The notes below the pieces were generated by a model. It was not told the DNA's origin and did not search any database. It was given only the letters and a program-made list of their open reading frames with translations. A DNA stretch of 64,000 bases, taken from Rickettsiales bacterium (lineage in GTDB: Bacteria > Pseudomonadota > Alphaproteobacteria > Rickettsiales > Rickettsiaceae). The DNA lies in contig CANGTI010000001.1 of NCBI GenBank assembly GCA_947456795.1, forward strand, positions 74,900-138,899. Reading direction: 5' to 3'. This document shows positions 10,395-19,678 of the stretch, one piece after another; position 1 is the first letter of the stretch, and each line of letters begins with the position of its first letter. Position numbers and translations under genes: made by a program.

Positions 10395-12062
10395 ATGTCT
10401 TCTGATTTTGTTTTTGTGATGAAGGGCCTCAGCAAAAATATTGATGGCAAAGTTATCATAAAAGACACTTGGTTGTCCTTTCTTGATGGTGCAAAAATAG
10501 GCATCATTGGTCCTAACGGAGCAGGAAAGTCTACTCTCATGAAGATCATGGCAGGCGTAGATAAAGACTTTGAAGGAGAAGCATGGCCCAGAAAAGGAGT
10601 AAAGATAGGTTATCTGGCTCAAGAACCAAAACTTGACCTAGATAAAACCGTATTCGAAAACATTCTAGAAGGAGTAGCTGACAGAAAAAAATTGCTGGAC
10701 GATTTTGCACTTGTAAACGAAAAATTCGCACATGCAAACGAAGATGAGTTCGAGTTCCTATTGCAAGAGCAAACACGTCTACAAGAAGAAATAGACGCAA
10801 CAAATAGCTGGAATCTGGAATATGAAATCTCTGTAGCTCTCAATGCCTTATCTTGTCCGTCCAAAGAAAGCTCCGTAAAAGACATCTCTGGTGGAGAAAA
10901 GCGAAGAGTAGCATTGTGCAGATTGCTTATGCAAAAACCAGACATATTATTACTAGATGAACCTACAAACCATTTAGATGCAGAATCTGTAGCTTGGCTT
11001 GAAAATTATCTAAAAAATTATTCGGGCACAATCGTGTCTATAACACATGATAGATATTTTCTAGATCAAGTAGCAGAATGGATACTTGAAGTAGACAATA
11101 AACAATGTATCCCTTGGCAATCCAATTATTCAAATTGGCTTCAACAAAAGTATGAAAAATTAGAGCTTTCAAAACAAGGCCAATCTTTACTAGGCAAACA
11201 AATAGACAAAGAATTGCGCTGGATCAGAGAAGGCAAGCACACAAAAAATAAAGCCAGAATCAAAAACTATCAGGACTTAGTAGATCAACAAAGAGAAATA
11301 GGCAAAACTGCTAGTGCAGATCAAATTGTCATTCCAAATGGTCCAAGACTAGGCTCAGTGGTAATCAAGGTCGAGGGAATAAGCAAAAGCTTCAATCAAA
11401 AACTTTTATTTGATAATTTCAGCTGTAACATTCCCGCAGGTTCCGTAGTGGGTATCATTGGTCCAAATGGAGCAGGAAAGTCCACATTTTTTAACCTTAT
11501 TACTGCAAAAGAAAAACCCGATACAGGCAAAATCGTAATAGGAGAAACAGTAAGTCTTGGTTATGTAGATCAATCAAGAGACAACCTAAAAGATACCAAT
11601 ACAGTGTGGCAAGAAATATCTGACGGCCTAGAGGAAATTAACATGGGAGAAAGAACCATAAAGACAAGAGCATACTGCGCTGCATTTAATTTTCGTGGAG
11701 AAAATCAGCAGAAAAGGGTTGGAGAGCTCTCCGGTGGAGAAAGAAACAGAGTACACATGGCAAAGTTATTAAAACAAGGAGCTAATGTGATCTTGCTAGA
11801 CGAACCATCCAACGACCTTGACGTAGAAACATTAAGAAATCTAGAAGATGCAATTAACCAATTCGCTGGATGCGTACTAGTTGTCAGTCATGACAGGTGG
11901 TTCTTAGACCGCATCGCAACAAATATCTTGGCCTTTGATAAGGAAAATCATAATGTCACTTGGTTTGAAGGCAATTACACCGAGTATATGGAATATCTTG
12001 AAAAAATTGGCCAAAAAAATGACGTATCAAAAAAGAACGTACGAAAAAAACTACACACTTAA
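10395..12062 (+). CDS. ettA: energy-dependent translational throttle protein EttA (ABC-F ATPase)
   Basis: 555 aa. Two ABC cassettes (GPNGAGKST twice, LSGGEKRR and LSGGERNR signatures) and no transmembrane domain. Confidence 0.9.
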   Translation: MSSDFVFVMKGLSKNIDGKVIIKDTWLSFLDGAKIGIIGPNGAGKSTLMKIMAGVDKDFEGEAWPRKGVKIGYLAQEPKLDLDKTVFENILEGVADRKKLLDDFALVNEKFAHANEDEFEFLLQEQTRLQEEIDATNSWNLEYEISVALNALSCPSKESSVKDISGGEKRRVALCRLLMQKPDILLLDEPTNHLDAESVAWLENYLKNYSGTIVSITHDRYFLDQVAEWILEVDNKQCIPWQSNYSNWLQQKYEKLELSKQGQSLLGKQIDKELRWIREGKHTKNKARIKNYQDLVDQQREIGKTASADQIVIPNGPRLGSVVIKVEGISKSFNQKLLFDNFSCNIPAGSVVGIIGPNGAGKSTFFNLITAKEKPDTGKIVIGETVSLGYVDQSRDNLKDTNTVWQEISDGLEEINMGERTIKTRAYCAAFNFRGENQQKRVGELSGGERNRVHMAKLLKQGANVILLDEPSNDLDVETLRNLEDAINQFAGCVLVVSHDRWFLDRIATNILAFDKENHNVTWFEGNYTEYMEYLEKIGQKNDVSKKNVRKKLHT

Positions 12063-12105
12063 TTAACTTCAATAAACAAATAAATTTTCTAACTTAAGGT
12101 AACAA

Positions 12106-12591
12106 GTGTCCGATGAAGAAATCAAAACAATCACAAAAGATCTGCATCTTTTCCTTTCATTGATTTCAAAAGACAAATCTCTTCTTTCAATAGATTACGG
12201 AACAAAAAAAACTGGTATAGCAATCTCAGATCCAGAGCAAAAAATATCCTTGCCGTTATGCACGATATTAGAAAATGATCAAAATGCCTTAGTGTCAAAA
12301 ATCTACGAACTAATATCTCGTAAAAAAATTGGAGGGATTGTCATAGGCCTGCCTCTTACTCAAGATAACAAAAATGCATCTATCACCGAAAAAGCAGAAG
12401 CACTGGCAATCAAACTAGCCAGCAAAGACAACATCGTGCTGCTTTATGATGAAAGATTTTCCTCAAAAGCGGCAAGGAATTTACTCAAAGCTTACGGTAT
12501 TAGCCAGAGCTCCATAAGAGAAACAAACGATCAAATCGCAGCCTCTATGATGCTTGCAGAAATTTTGGAATCAACAAGATCCCCAAAATGA
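12106..12591 (+). CDS. ruvX: Holliday junction resolvase-like nuclease RuvX (YqgF)
   Basis: 161 aa. LLSIDYGTKKTGIAISD N-terminal RNase H-like motif. GTG start. Confidence 0.8.
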   Translation: MSDEEIKTITKDLHLFLSLISKDKSLLSIDYGTKKTGIAISDPEQKISLPLCTILENDQNALVSKIYELISRKKIGGIVIGLPLTQDNKNASITEKAEALAIKLASKDNIVLLYDERFSSKAARNLLKAYGISQSSIRETNDQIAASMMLAEILESTRSPK

Positions 12592-13371
12592 TTTAATAAA
12601 GGATTGCTGAAAAATCTTTTTGTTGAGGAGATTAAAACTGCATTTGAACACAATTTTCAATCAATATTCTTATGCAAGAAAAGCAGCTTTTTGAGAAATA
12701 ATGCACATCTTATTAATGTAGTTTTATGTCAATAGCTCTGCTAGTTACCTTTTGGGGCCCGGAAACCTCTCAAAAAGCCTTTGAATGAGATTAAAGTTCT
12801 GATACCCAAGGGGGAGTGGGGTCCAAAGATGAATAGAGACTCTTACAAACGAGTGCAAATACCAGCTAAAGTTCAAATATCCCTCTGACTTTTGAATCCT
12901 TATTCAGCAAAAATCTGTGCTAAACAGCTCTAAAAAACAAATATCTTGATTAAGCAAAAAGCCAAGCTAAGTGTTTCAACTTTAAGCCCCTTCTATTTAG
13001 CGCTTTCGTCCAAAACAAATTTCCAAAACAAAAGACGCTGCTGCTTATAAATACCCCTAAAGTTTGTTTCAGTTGAATGAGTTTTACTACCAAAGCATTA
13101 CGTAGTGTTTAAAACATCAAATAAATTGGACATAGCCCAATTCTTGGCAACTTTTGCTGCATTGTTGATGCCTACAAAACGATTGATCAGTTATTGTGAT
13201 TTACTCGCCCAATGGCGAGAAAAGGCGTGAATTTGTTGTTTCTACAAAAGGAAAATGAAGAAGGCTAATATGTGCGCAACTTTTAGTGACTACCAAGAGG
13301 CCAAAAGCCTAAGCCAAAAGAGAGTGGCCCAAGAGTAGGAAAAACTCCCAGGCCACAACAGAAACCAAAAA

Positions 13372-13403
13372 GGAAAGCTCAGGAAAGAGCTTTCCTTTTC
13401 TTT
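13372..13403 (-). terminator. stem-loop GGAAAGCTC-aggaaa-GAGCTTTCC flanked by T-runs on both strands; probable terminator of the 13421..14815 gene
   Basis: 9-bp perfect stem read directly. The minus strand reads GGAAAGCTCTTTCCTGAGCTTTCCTTTTTGG, beginning 26 nt after the stop at 13421. Confidence 0.5.
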
Positions 13404-13420
13404 AGATCAAGAACTCAGAA

Positions 13421-14815
13421 TTAGAAGTCTTTTCCGATTCCAATACCAAATACCCAACCTTGAGACCTAGATTCATCTGCTTTAAAGTTCGTACCCGTGG
13501 CTCCACCGTTAGTGTTGCCGTATGTAAGCTCAGGGTTACCAAGGTACATATATCCAGCAGATGCAGTTAAAGTCGCAACGTCGCCAAGGCCGATGTTAGC
13601 GTTTACTGTACCCATACCAGAAAGAGCCCACGCAGTGGCTTCTTTTTTAGATGGAAGATCTGCTGCATCGTCTTTTTGGCTTTCACTGTCAAGCTTCCAT
13701 GTCGCTTTCCAGTTTGTAGCCCCTACTCCGATTCCAGCACCTAATGAAAATGCATCATTTTCAAAAAGTTTAGCATCAACGGTTGCTAAAATCACGCCTC
13801 TTGGAGCGATAGTCTCAGTCCATTTGCCTTCTTTGGCATCCGGAGTCGCAGATGAAGCATCTTTATCTGCATCGTCTTTAGATGATGTATCTGAATCATC
13901 CCCCTTCGCTTTTTTCGCAAGCGCTTTTTGCTGTTTCATCAACTTTGCAACAGCCGCTTTTTGCTTATCAAGATCGTCTTCAGAAAGCACTTCTTTCAAA
14001 ATCTCCTTATATGCTTTTTGTTCTGATTCAGATAAAGTCACGGAGTAAAGAGCAAGTTTTGCTACATCTTTATTGTCCGTTGATCCCCCCACTTTATCTG
14101 CTGGTGTTATAGCATTAACAGCAGCAGCAACAGGAGCAAAGCGTTGGTAAGCTTTATCAGCAAAATCCACTCTAGACCCTGCTTCTATGGCAATAGCAGA
14201 AGCAGTGTCGGGATTAGCAGCAGGATTAGCATTGAAGACTATCTCCGAAGCCACAAATGCTAATTTGCCAGATAAAGGAAGAGTCTTTGCCTGGTCGTGT
14301 GAATTTGCCAAATTTATCGCATTATCAACAGGATTAATCACATCTAAGGATTTTGCAGCACTCTTTTCGTTCTTCAAATAAGATTCAAGGTGCTCAAGAC
14401 CTGTAAGCACATTGACTGAAGACTTATTTGAAAGCCCATGTTCAGACAAAATGGCACTTATTGGGACAGATGAATCATTGGATTGACCTGATCCTGTGTT
14501 CTCCTTTTTATTTTGAGATTTGGCTTTAAATTCAGATTTGAATTCACCAAAGCCCATGTATCCAGCAACACCAACACGAATACTGTCGGATATGTGGTAA
14601 CCAAACTGAGGTCCAATAAACAAAATGTTACCGGTGGAGGCAACTTTTTGGTCTGACTTGGCAAGCTTGGATTTATTTAGAGCTCCAAGCGCTTCAGACG
14701 CAGCAGGTTTAAAATATAAACCTTTGAGTCCAAAGTGGAAAGAATCAGCATCAGCAAAAGCCGAGGCTGAAGAAAGCGCGACTAAAGCCGCAGGTATCAA
14801 ACTTTTTTTTAACAT
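13421..14815 (-). CDS. outer-membrane beta-barrel or surface-antigen-like protein with a large hydrophilic central insert
   Basis: Signal peptide MLKKSLIPAALVALSSASAFA. Beta-strand-like alternating segments at both ends. Ends in GWVFGIGIGKDF (terminal aromatic residue). The central ~250 aa is K/D/A/S-rich. No specific family was recognised. Confidence 0.55.
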   Translation of the reverse strand: MLKKSLIPAALVALSSASAFADADSFHFGLKGLYFKPAASEALGALNKSKLAKSDQKVASTGNILFIGPQFGYHISDSIRVGVAGYMGFGEFKSEFKAKSQNKKENTGSGQSNDSSVPISAILSEHGLSNKSSVNVLTGLEHLESYLKNEKSAAKSLDVINPVDNAINLANSHDQAKTLPLSGKLAFVASEIVFNANPAANPDTASAIAIEAGSRVDFADKAYQRFAPVAAAVNAITPADKVGGSTDNKDVAKLALYSVTLSESEQKAYKEILKEVLSEDDLDKQKAAVAKLMKQQKALAKKAKGDDSDTSSKDDADKDASSATPDAKEGKWTETIAPRGVILATVDAKLFENDAFSLGAGIGVGATNWKATWKLDSESQKDDAADLPSKKEATAWALSGMGTVNANIGLGDVATLTASAGYMYLGNPELTYGNTNGGATGTNFKADESRSQGWVFGIGIGKDF

Positions 14816-15117
14816 AAAATATTTATCTAAAATAAAACTAATTTTCTAAAAACAAAACAAATGGCACGTGAATAATAACCACTCAAAAACTTCGACTGAT
14901 TAACTGAGTCCAGTTGTATCAAAAAAATCTCTTGGGGAACACTAACAATTAGTAATCCAGAGCTTGTGGAGGGCACTATTTATGTTTGATGTGTCTTATT
15001 TGTCACACACATAATATAAGCAGCTCTTAACTGCATTGGAAACAAAAGCCACTTTTGGAAAATCTATTTGGTCATTGACTAAATAATGTTTCTATGAGAC
15101 TTTCCCAATCTAAAAAA

Positions 15118-15192
15118 GCCGCTATAGCTCAGTGGTAGAGCACTTCATTGGTAATGAAGAGGCCGAAGGTTCAATTCTTTCTAGCGGCACCA
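15118..15192 (+). tRNA. tRNA-Thr (anticodon GGT), CCA encoded
   Basis: Acceptor GCCGCTA/TAGCGGC, anticodon stem CTTCA/TGAAG with loop TTGGTAA, T-arm GAAGG-TTCAATT-CTTTC. Confidence 0.9.
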
Positions 15193-15238
15193 CCTTCAAG
15201 GAATGGAAAAATGCAAGTAAATTCCGTTGCTTTAAACT

Positions 15239-15271
15239 CAAAAAAGATGAAACAACAGTACGGGCTGTTTC
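15239..15271 (-). terminator. possible intrinsic terminator downstream of tig
   Basis: The minus strand reads GAAACAGCCCGTACTGTTGTTTC followed by ATCTTTTTTG, starting 5 nt after the tig stop. The stem is only 6 bp perfect. Confidence 0.35.
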
Positions 15272-15276
15272 AACGT

Positions 15277-16602
15277 TTAGCGATTCTTAGAAAATGCTAA
15301 TATAATTTCCTTCATCTCATGAATAGTTTTATCCGTATCTATAAGACGTACTTTTTGAGACAAAATCTGAGTTATGACTTTTTCCTCAATTGTGGCTGAA
15401 TACCAAGAGGAAGCATTTTCTTTGTAGTACGCCAATATTTCTGATCTTTTGTCTGGCTGTTTTTCGATTTGCAACATCACATGAGCCTGAAACTCTTGCT
15501 CTGAAACATTGATGTTGTTGATCTTTGCATAGTCAGCGATCAATATGCCTATTCTAAGTTTGCGAAAGGCAAGCTTTTGGCAATATTGATTGTACTCTGA
15601 ATCTGCATAGCCAATCTGGCTCTTAAGAGTGGCATTGTTTTGCAAGCTTTCATATTCTTTTTTTAAGAGCTCTGCAGGCACTTCAAAATTCAACATATTT
15701 TCCAATGCATCAAAGAGCTTTGTTTTGTTTATAACAAAAAGGTCTCTTTCTATGCCTTCTCTTGCAATTTCTCCAACTCTATATTTTAACTCGTTAACGT
15801 CTTTACAACCGTAGTACTGAGCAAATTCATCATCTATTTGAGGCGCTGGTCCAAACCTTTGAACATCATGAACAACAACATCAACGCTTGCAAATTTACC
15901 AGCGATTTCTTGCACAAGATCATAATCGTTAGGAAATTGCATCTCAAAGGAAATGCTATCTCCTTTGCTTAGGCCCACAAGTTTTTCCTCAAACGCTTCA
16001 AGAAGAGACCCTTTTCCTATCTCGCACTTATATTGCTGCACACTACCATGCTTATGTGTTTTACCATCAACCTTAGACTCAAAGTCAATAGTAATTAGGT
16101 CTCCTTTTGCAGCGTTGCGTCCATCAAAAGTTAAGTCAAATTCTCTTCTATTGAGAGTTATGGATTTTAATTGGTCTTCAATATCTTGTTCTGATATTTC
16201 AACGCTATAGTGCTCTATTTCTATTTTATCAAACTGAGGCATTTCAAATTTAGGAAAAACCTCAAAAACAACTCCAAATTCCACTCCTTTTTCCGGCAGA
16301 CTTTTGAAATTCTTGATTTCTGCTCTTCCTACAATGTCTCCTTTATAAGGCTTAGTGATATTTTCTAATACTTCTTCTGCCTTGTCTTTAATAGCCTCGT
16401 TAAGCACTGAATCTTTATATTTTTTTTCAATGACAAAGAAAGGCACTTGTCCGTCTCTAAAGCCTGGTAATTTTGCAACTTTTTGCTTCTCTTTGAGCTT
16501 GGTATTGATCAGTTCTTTAAGCACATTATGTGAAAAAGACACAAAAAATTCTTTTGCTAGAGAAGTACCAGACGCCTTCTCTTCTACAGATATTTCACTC
16601 AT
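15277..16602 (-). CDS. tig: trigger factor
   Basis: 441 aa. N-terminal ribosome-binding region with GFRDGQVP (the GFRxGxxP signature), a central FKBP-like segment and a C-terminal helical domain. Confidence 0.9.
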   Translation of the reverse strand: MSEISVEEKASGTSLAKEFFVSFSHNVLKELINTKLKEKQKVAKLPGFRDGQVPFFVIEKKYKDSVLNEAIKDKAEEVLENITKPYKGDIVGRAEIKNFKSLPEKGVEFGVVFEVFPKFEMPQFDKIEIEHYSVEISEQDIEDQLKSITLNRREFDLTFDGRNAAKGDLITIDFESKVDGKTHKHGSVQQYKCEIGKGSLLEAFEEKLVGLSKGDSISFEMQFPNDYDLVQEIAGKFASVDVVVHDVQRFGPAPQIDDEFAQYYGCKDVNELKYRVGEIAREGIERDLFVINKTKLFDALENMLNFEVPAELLKKEYESLQNNATLKSQIGYADSEYNQYCQKLAFRKLRIGILIADYAKINNINVSEQEFQAHVMLQIEKQPDKRSEILAYYKENASSWYSATIEEKVITQILSQKVRLIDTDKTIHEMKEIILAFSKNR

Positions 16603-16627
16603 GAACTAAATAATACTTTCTTTTTAT

Positions 16628-16711
16628 TGGTGCGGATAGAGGGACTCGAACCCCCACGCCGTGAAGCACTAGGTCCTAAGCCTAGCGCGTCTACCATTTC
16701 GCCATATCCGC
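16628..16711 (-). tRNA. tRNA-Leu (anticodon TAG), long variable arm, CCA encoded
   Basis: The reverse complement is GCGGATATGGCGAAATGGTAGACGCGCTAGGCTTAGGACCTAGTGCTTCACGGCGTGGGGGTTCGAGTCCCTCTATCCGCACCA. Anticodon loop is CTTAGGA. Confidence 0.9.
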
Positions 16712-16789
16712 GTCTTTAATGAACCTTGCGGCCCACACAGTGACAAAATAGCACAAGATCAAACAAGCGCCAGGTCAAAGTGAATAGAA

Positions 16790-17950
16790 TCAGTGCGTAC
16801 TGTGGACATTTTGCAAAAATTTGAGATACACCTGCTTCAACTGCTCTAAATCTTTCAAGCTCACGTGTTCATCTATCTGATGAGCACAAAGGTATTGAAG
16901 ACCATATTCTATGCAAGGACAATATTTTGCAACAAATCTAGCATCAGACGTAGCCCCAGAAGTAATGAGTTCAGGCTTAACCCCCGTAATTTGCTCTGAA
17001 ACTTGGGCAAAACGACTAATAAAGTCAGAATCTTTGCTTAAAAAAGGCAAGGATCCGCATTCATGTTCTAAATCAAAATTTTCCTGAGGAATTGTTATTA
17101 AAGACCTAACTCTTTTTAAGATACTATCTTCGTCAAAATTGTCGTTAAATCTGACATTAAACCTTATTTCAGCCTTAGCTGGCACAACGTTGGTAGTGTA
17201 ATTTCCAACGTCAAAGGATGTGATATTAAGAGATGAAGGAACGAACCTGTCATTACCTTGATCCAATTGAATGGTTTTTAGATCTTTTAAAACATTCAAA
17301 GCAATATCAATTGGATTATGAAAAGATTCTGGATAAGCAACGTGTCCCTGCTTTCCTTTGATTCTTAAAACAAAATTTATGCTACCCCTTCTACCTATTG
17401 CGATATTTTCTCCTACTATTTTTTTACACGTTGGTTCCCCAACAATAGCAAAATCCAGTTTAAGATTTTGTTCTTGCATCCAAGGTAGCATTTTTCTCAC
17501 TCCTCCCCTTGCAATACCCTCTTCATCAGAGGTCAATAAAAAACTTATTTTAGCGTCCGGATTAGAATCCTTAAAAGTTAAAAAAGCAGATAAGGCAGAT
17601 GCTATAGACCCCTTCATATCCACAGCTCCTCTACCAAATAAAACACCATCAACAACTACTCCTGCAAAAGGATCATATTTCCATTCCTTGACATTACCAG
17701 GAGGCACTACATCTAAATGACCTACAAAGCATATATTAGGACCTTTGCTACCCCTTTCTGCATAGATGTTAGTAACGATACCACCAGAGCCATCACCCAA
17801 ATCAAACTCTTTTACAAAGCATTGGAAACCTTCTTTTCTTAGAAGATCCTCAATAAATTCCACAGATCCTGCAGAATGAGGAGTTACAGAAGGAAAGCTA
17901 ATCAATTTAGATGCTAAATCAAGAACAAGACACATATGTTTTATAGACAT
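16790..17950 (-). CDS. dapE: succinyl-diaminopimelate desuccinylase (M20 peptidase)
   Basis: 386 aa. GHLDVVPPG, GRGAVDMKG and LLTSDEEG motifs of the ArgE/DapE family. Confidence 0.8.
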   Translation of the reverse strand: MSIKHMCLVLDLASKLISFPSVTPHSAGSVEFIEDLLRKEGFQCFVKEFDLGDGSGGIVTNIYAERGSKGPNICFVGHLDVVPPGNVKEWKYDPFAGVVVDGVLFGRGAVDMKGSIASALSAFLTFKDSNPDAKISFLLTSDEEGIARGGVRKMLPWMQEQNLKLDFAIVGEPTCKKIVGENIAIGRRGSINFVLRIKGKQGHVAYPESFHNPIDIALNVLKDLKTIQLDQGNDRFVPSSLNITSFDVGNYTTNVVPAKAEIRFNVRFNDNFDEDSILKRVRSLITIPQENFDLEHECGSLPFLSKDSDFISRFAQVSEQITGVKPELITSGATSDARFVAKYCPCIEYGLQYLCAHQIDEHVSLKDLEQLKQVYLKFLQNVHSTH

Positions 17951-18015
17951 TGTTGCGAGATCAAAGGACTAACATAGCAAGAACTTGCCCAATCGTATGC
18001 AGAATAAGGATGCAA

Positions 18016-18453
18016 TTAGTTTTGTGCGCTCAGTGAAATTTTATTACGATAAAATGCAACAAAGTTGATATATTCAAGCATAACAGGAGGAAATCCTGCA
18101 TTAGAGATGGTGTGTGCAATGATCTGTCTTGCAAAGGGAAATAAAAGAGCCGGACATCCGGTAAATAAAATTTCCTCTTGAAGATCTTTACGTACTCCAT
18201 TTAGAGAAAAGTTTCCTACATAATTCAGTTCTAGAACAAAAACATTTTCCCCTTCAATATCAGCCTCCAGATGAAACAAAAGAGAGACATCAGAAGCTGA
18301 CTCAAAATTCTCAACCTTAACATCAAATCCTATTTTAACTTGAGGCTGAGATTTATGGGTCTTCAGACTTGCTAAGTTGCTTGGTCCCTCAAAAGAAAGA
18401 TCCTTAATATACTGAGAATGCACTACAATTTTAGCATCATCTTCTGTACTCAT
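18016..18453 (-). CDS. secB: protein-export chaperone SecB
   Basis: 145 aa. IKDLSFE...CPALLFPFARQIIAHTISNAGFPPVML matches the SecB pattern. Confidence 0.85.
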   Translation of the reverse strand: MSTEDDAKIVVHSQYIKDLSFEGPSNLASLKTHKSQPQVKIGFDVKVENFESASDVSLLFHLEADIEGENVFVLELNYVGNFSLNGVRKDLQEEILFTGCPALLFPFARQIIAHTISNAGFPPVMLEYINFVAFYRNKISLSAQN

Positions 18454-18479
18454 ATCGAAAAACTTATTGATTAAAAAAA

Positions 18480-19046
18480 TTAAACTTTAGCAAATGTTAC
18501 GCCTTGCTGCCCCATATACTTTCCCTTTCTGTCTGCATAAGAAACTAGGCAATCTCTATCTCCAGAAAAAAATATAAACTGACACCCCCCCTCTCCTGCA
18601 TAAAGCTTTACAGGTAAAGGAGTCAGATTTGCAAATTCTAAGGTCACAGTTCCTTCCCATTCAGGCTCTAAAGGAGTCACATTTGCTGTAATACCACATC
18701 TTGCGTAAGTGGATTTTGTAATACAGAAAACCAAAACATTTCTAGGTATTTTAAATCTCTCAATAGTGTGAGCCAAAACAAACCCATTAGGAGGAACTAT
18801 GCAAAAATCACCACAATGATCTACAACATCAAACTCAGAAAAATCCTTCGGATCAACTACTTGAGACCTAACATTGGAAAAAATCTTAAATTCCTTTGAA
18901 ATTCTAGCGTCATACCCATAGGAAGAAAGGCCATAAGAAAGAATTTTTCTGTTTTCCACAACACTCACATGCTCTTTGACAAAAGGATCTATCATATTTT
19001 GGCTCTCAGCCATCTCAATGATCCACTTGTCAGACATTACAGACAT
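18480..19046 (-). CDS. dcd: dCTP deaminase
   Basis: MSDKWI...[12 protein letters not shown]...[14 protein letters not shown] motifs. The ATG at 19046 or 19037 is preferred over the GTG at 19055. Confidence 0.9.
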   Translation of the reverse strand: MSVMSDKWIIEMAESQNMIDPFVKEHVSVVENRKILSYGLSSYGYDARISKEFKIFSNVRSQVVDPKDFSEFDVVDHCGDFCIVPPNGFVLAHTIERFKIPRNVLVFCITKSTYARCGITANVTPLEPEWEGTVTLEFANLTPLPVKLYAGEGGCQFIFFSGDRDCLVSYADRKGKYMGQQGVTFAKV

Positions 19047-19119
19047 AAAAAGCACAACATTTATTAATCCAAGGGATATCTTGTAACAACAAAAACCCTA
19101 ATTGTAAAATGAAAATAAA

Positions 19120-19204
19120 TGGTGCGGTTGAGAGGACTCGAACCTCCACTTCTTGCGAAACAGCCCCCTCAAGACTGCGTGTCTACCAGTTTCACCACAA
19201 CCGC
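19120..19204 (-). tRNA. tRNA-Leu (anticodon GAG), long variable arm, CCA encoded
   Basis: The reverse complement is GCGGTTGTGGTGAAACTGGTAGACACGCAGTCTTGAGGGGGCTGTTTCGCAAGAAGTGGAGGTTCGAGTCCTCTCAACCGCACCA. Anticodon loop is TTGAGGG. Confidence 0.85.
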
Positions 19205-19442
19205 TTGCTACTACTACTAATATTAATAATAAGTTTGTTATTAGTAGTGCTCAGATTTTCTGTTGTCAATTTGAGCTATTCAAAATAACTCACAGTTTTA
19301 CCAACATCAATACCCCAAAGGAGCACAATGTGTTAAGGCATTTGTTTACACTCGGTGAAAAAAATTATCTACATTGTTTATAAGGAATGTAAAGCGTGGG
19401 AAGTAATAGAGGATAAGTAGCAAAGAGGGTACTTTTTAACAG

Positions 19443-19465
19443 TTATGTACACAGAGTTATGCACA
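19443..19465. promoter_or_regulatory. two DnaA-box-like 9-mers in direct orientation (TTATGTACA, TTATGCACA)
   Basis: TTATGCACA fits TTATNCACA. TTATGTACA has one further mismatch. A third 9-mer, TTATCAACA, lies at 19568-19576. All are in the 474-bp AT-rich spacer upstream of uvrB. Confidence 0.25.
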
Positions 19466-19678
19466 TAGAAAAATATTTCTATATATTGAATTAAAAACCG
19501 CAAGATAATCATAAATTTCTCTATTTAGTACTTTTGTTAGTGTTTTTATGCTTAAGGACAATTCTACTTATCAACATGGATCGAATTAGTCACTAATTGC
19601 AGCTTTTTTAAGAAAAATATTGTTATTTGTATCAATTTTTAGTTATATACCTGTTCTGGTTTAAAAATATTTTTAAAA

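Noticed and set aside
12592-13420. tmRNA, RNase P RNA or SRP RNA in the long spacer
   Set aside because: I could not find the conserved strings I know for these RNAs (GAGGAAAGTCCGGGC-type P4 sequences, the SRP GGAA/AGCA loop context, or a tRNA-like GGTTCGA...CCA 3' end with an in-frame ...AA-stop tag). The region is kept as an unexplained spacer rather than an RNA call.
13497-14849. Plus-strand ORFs 13497..14048, 13882..14112, 14187..14381 and 14625..14849
   Set aside because: All are antisense to the 464-aa signal-peptide-bearing ORF. Their Ala/Ser-rich composition is the usual shadow of a GC-richer coding strand.
19213-19248. Inverted repeat ACTACTAATA...TATTAGTAGT next to tRNA-Leu(GAG), as a terminator
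   Set aside because: It lies upstream of the minus-strand tRNA gene, and no plus-strand gene ends there. It is AT-rich with a 16-nt loop and has low predicted stability.
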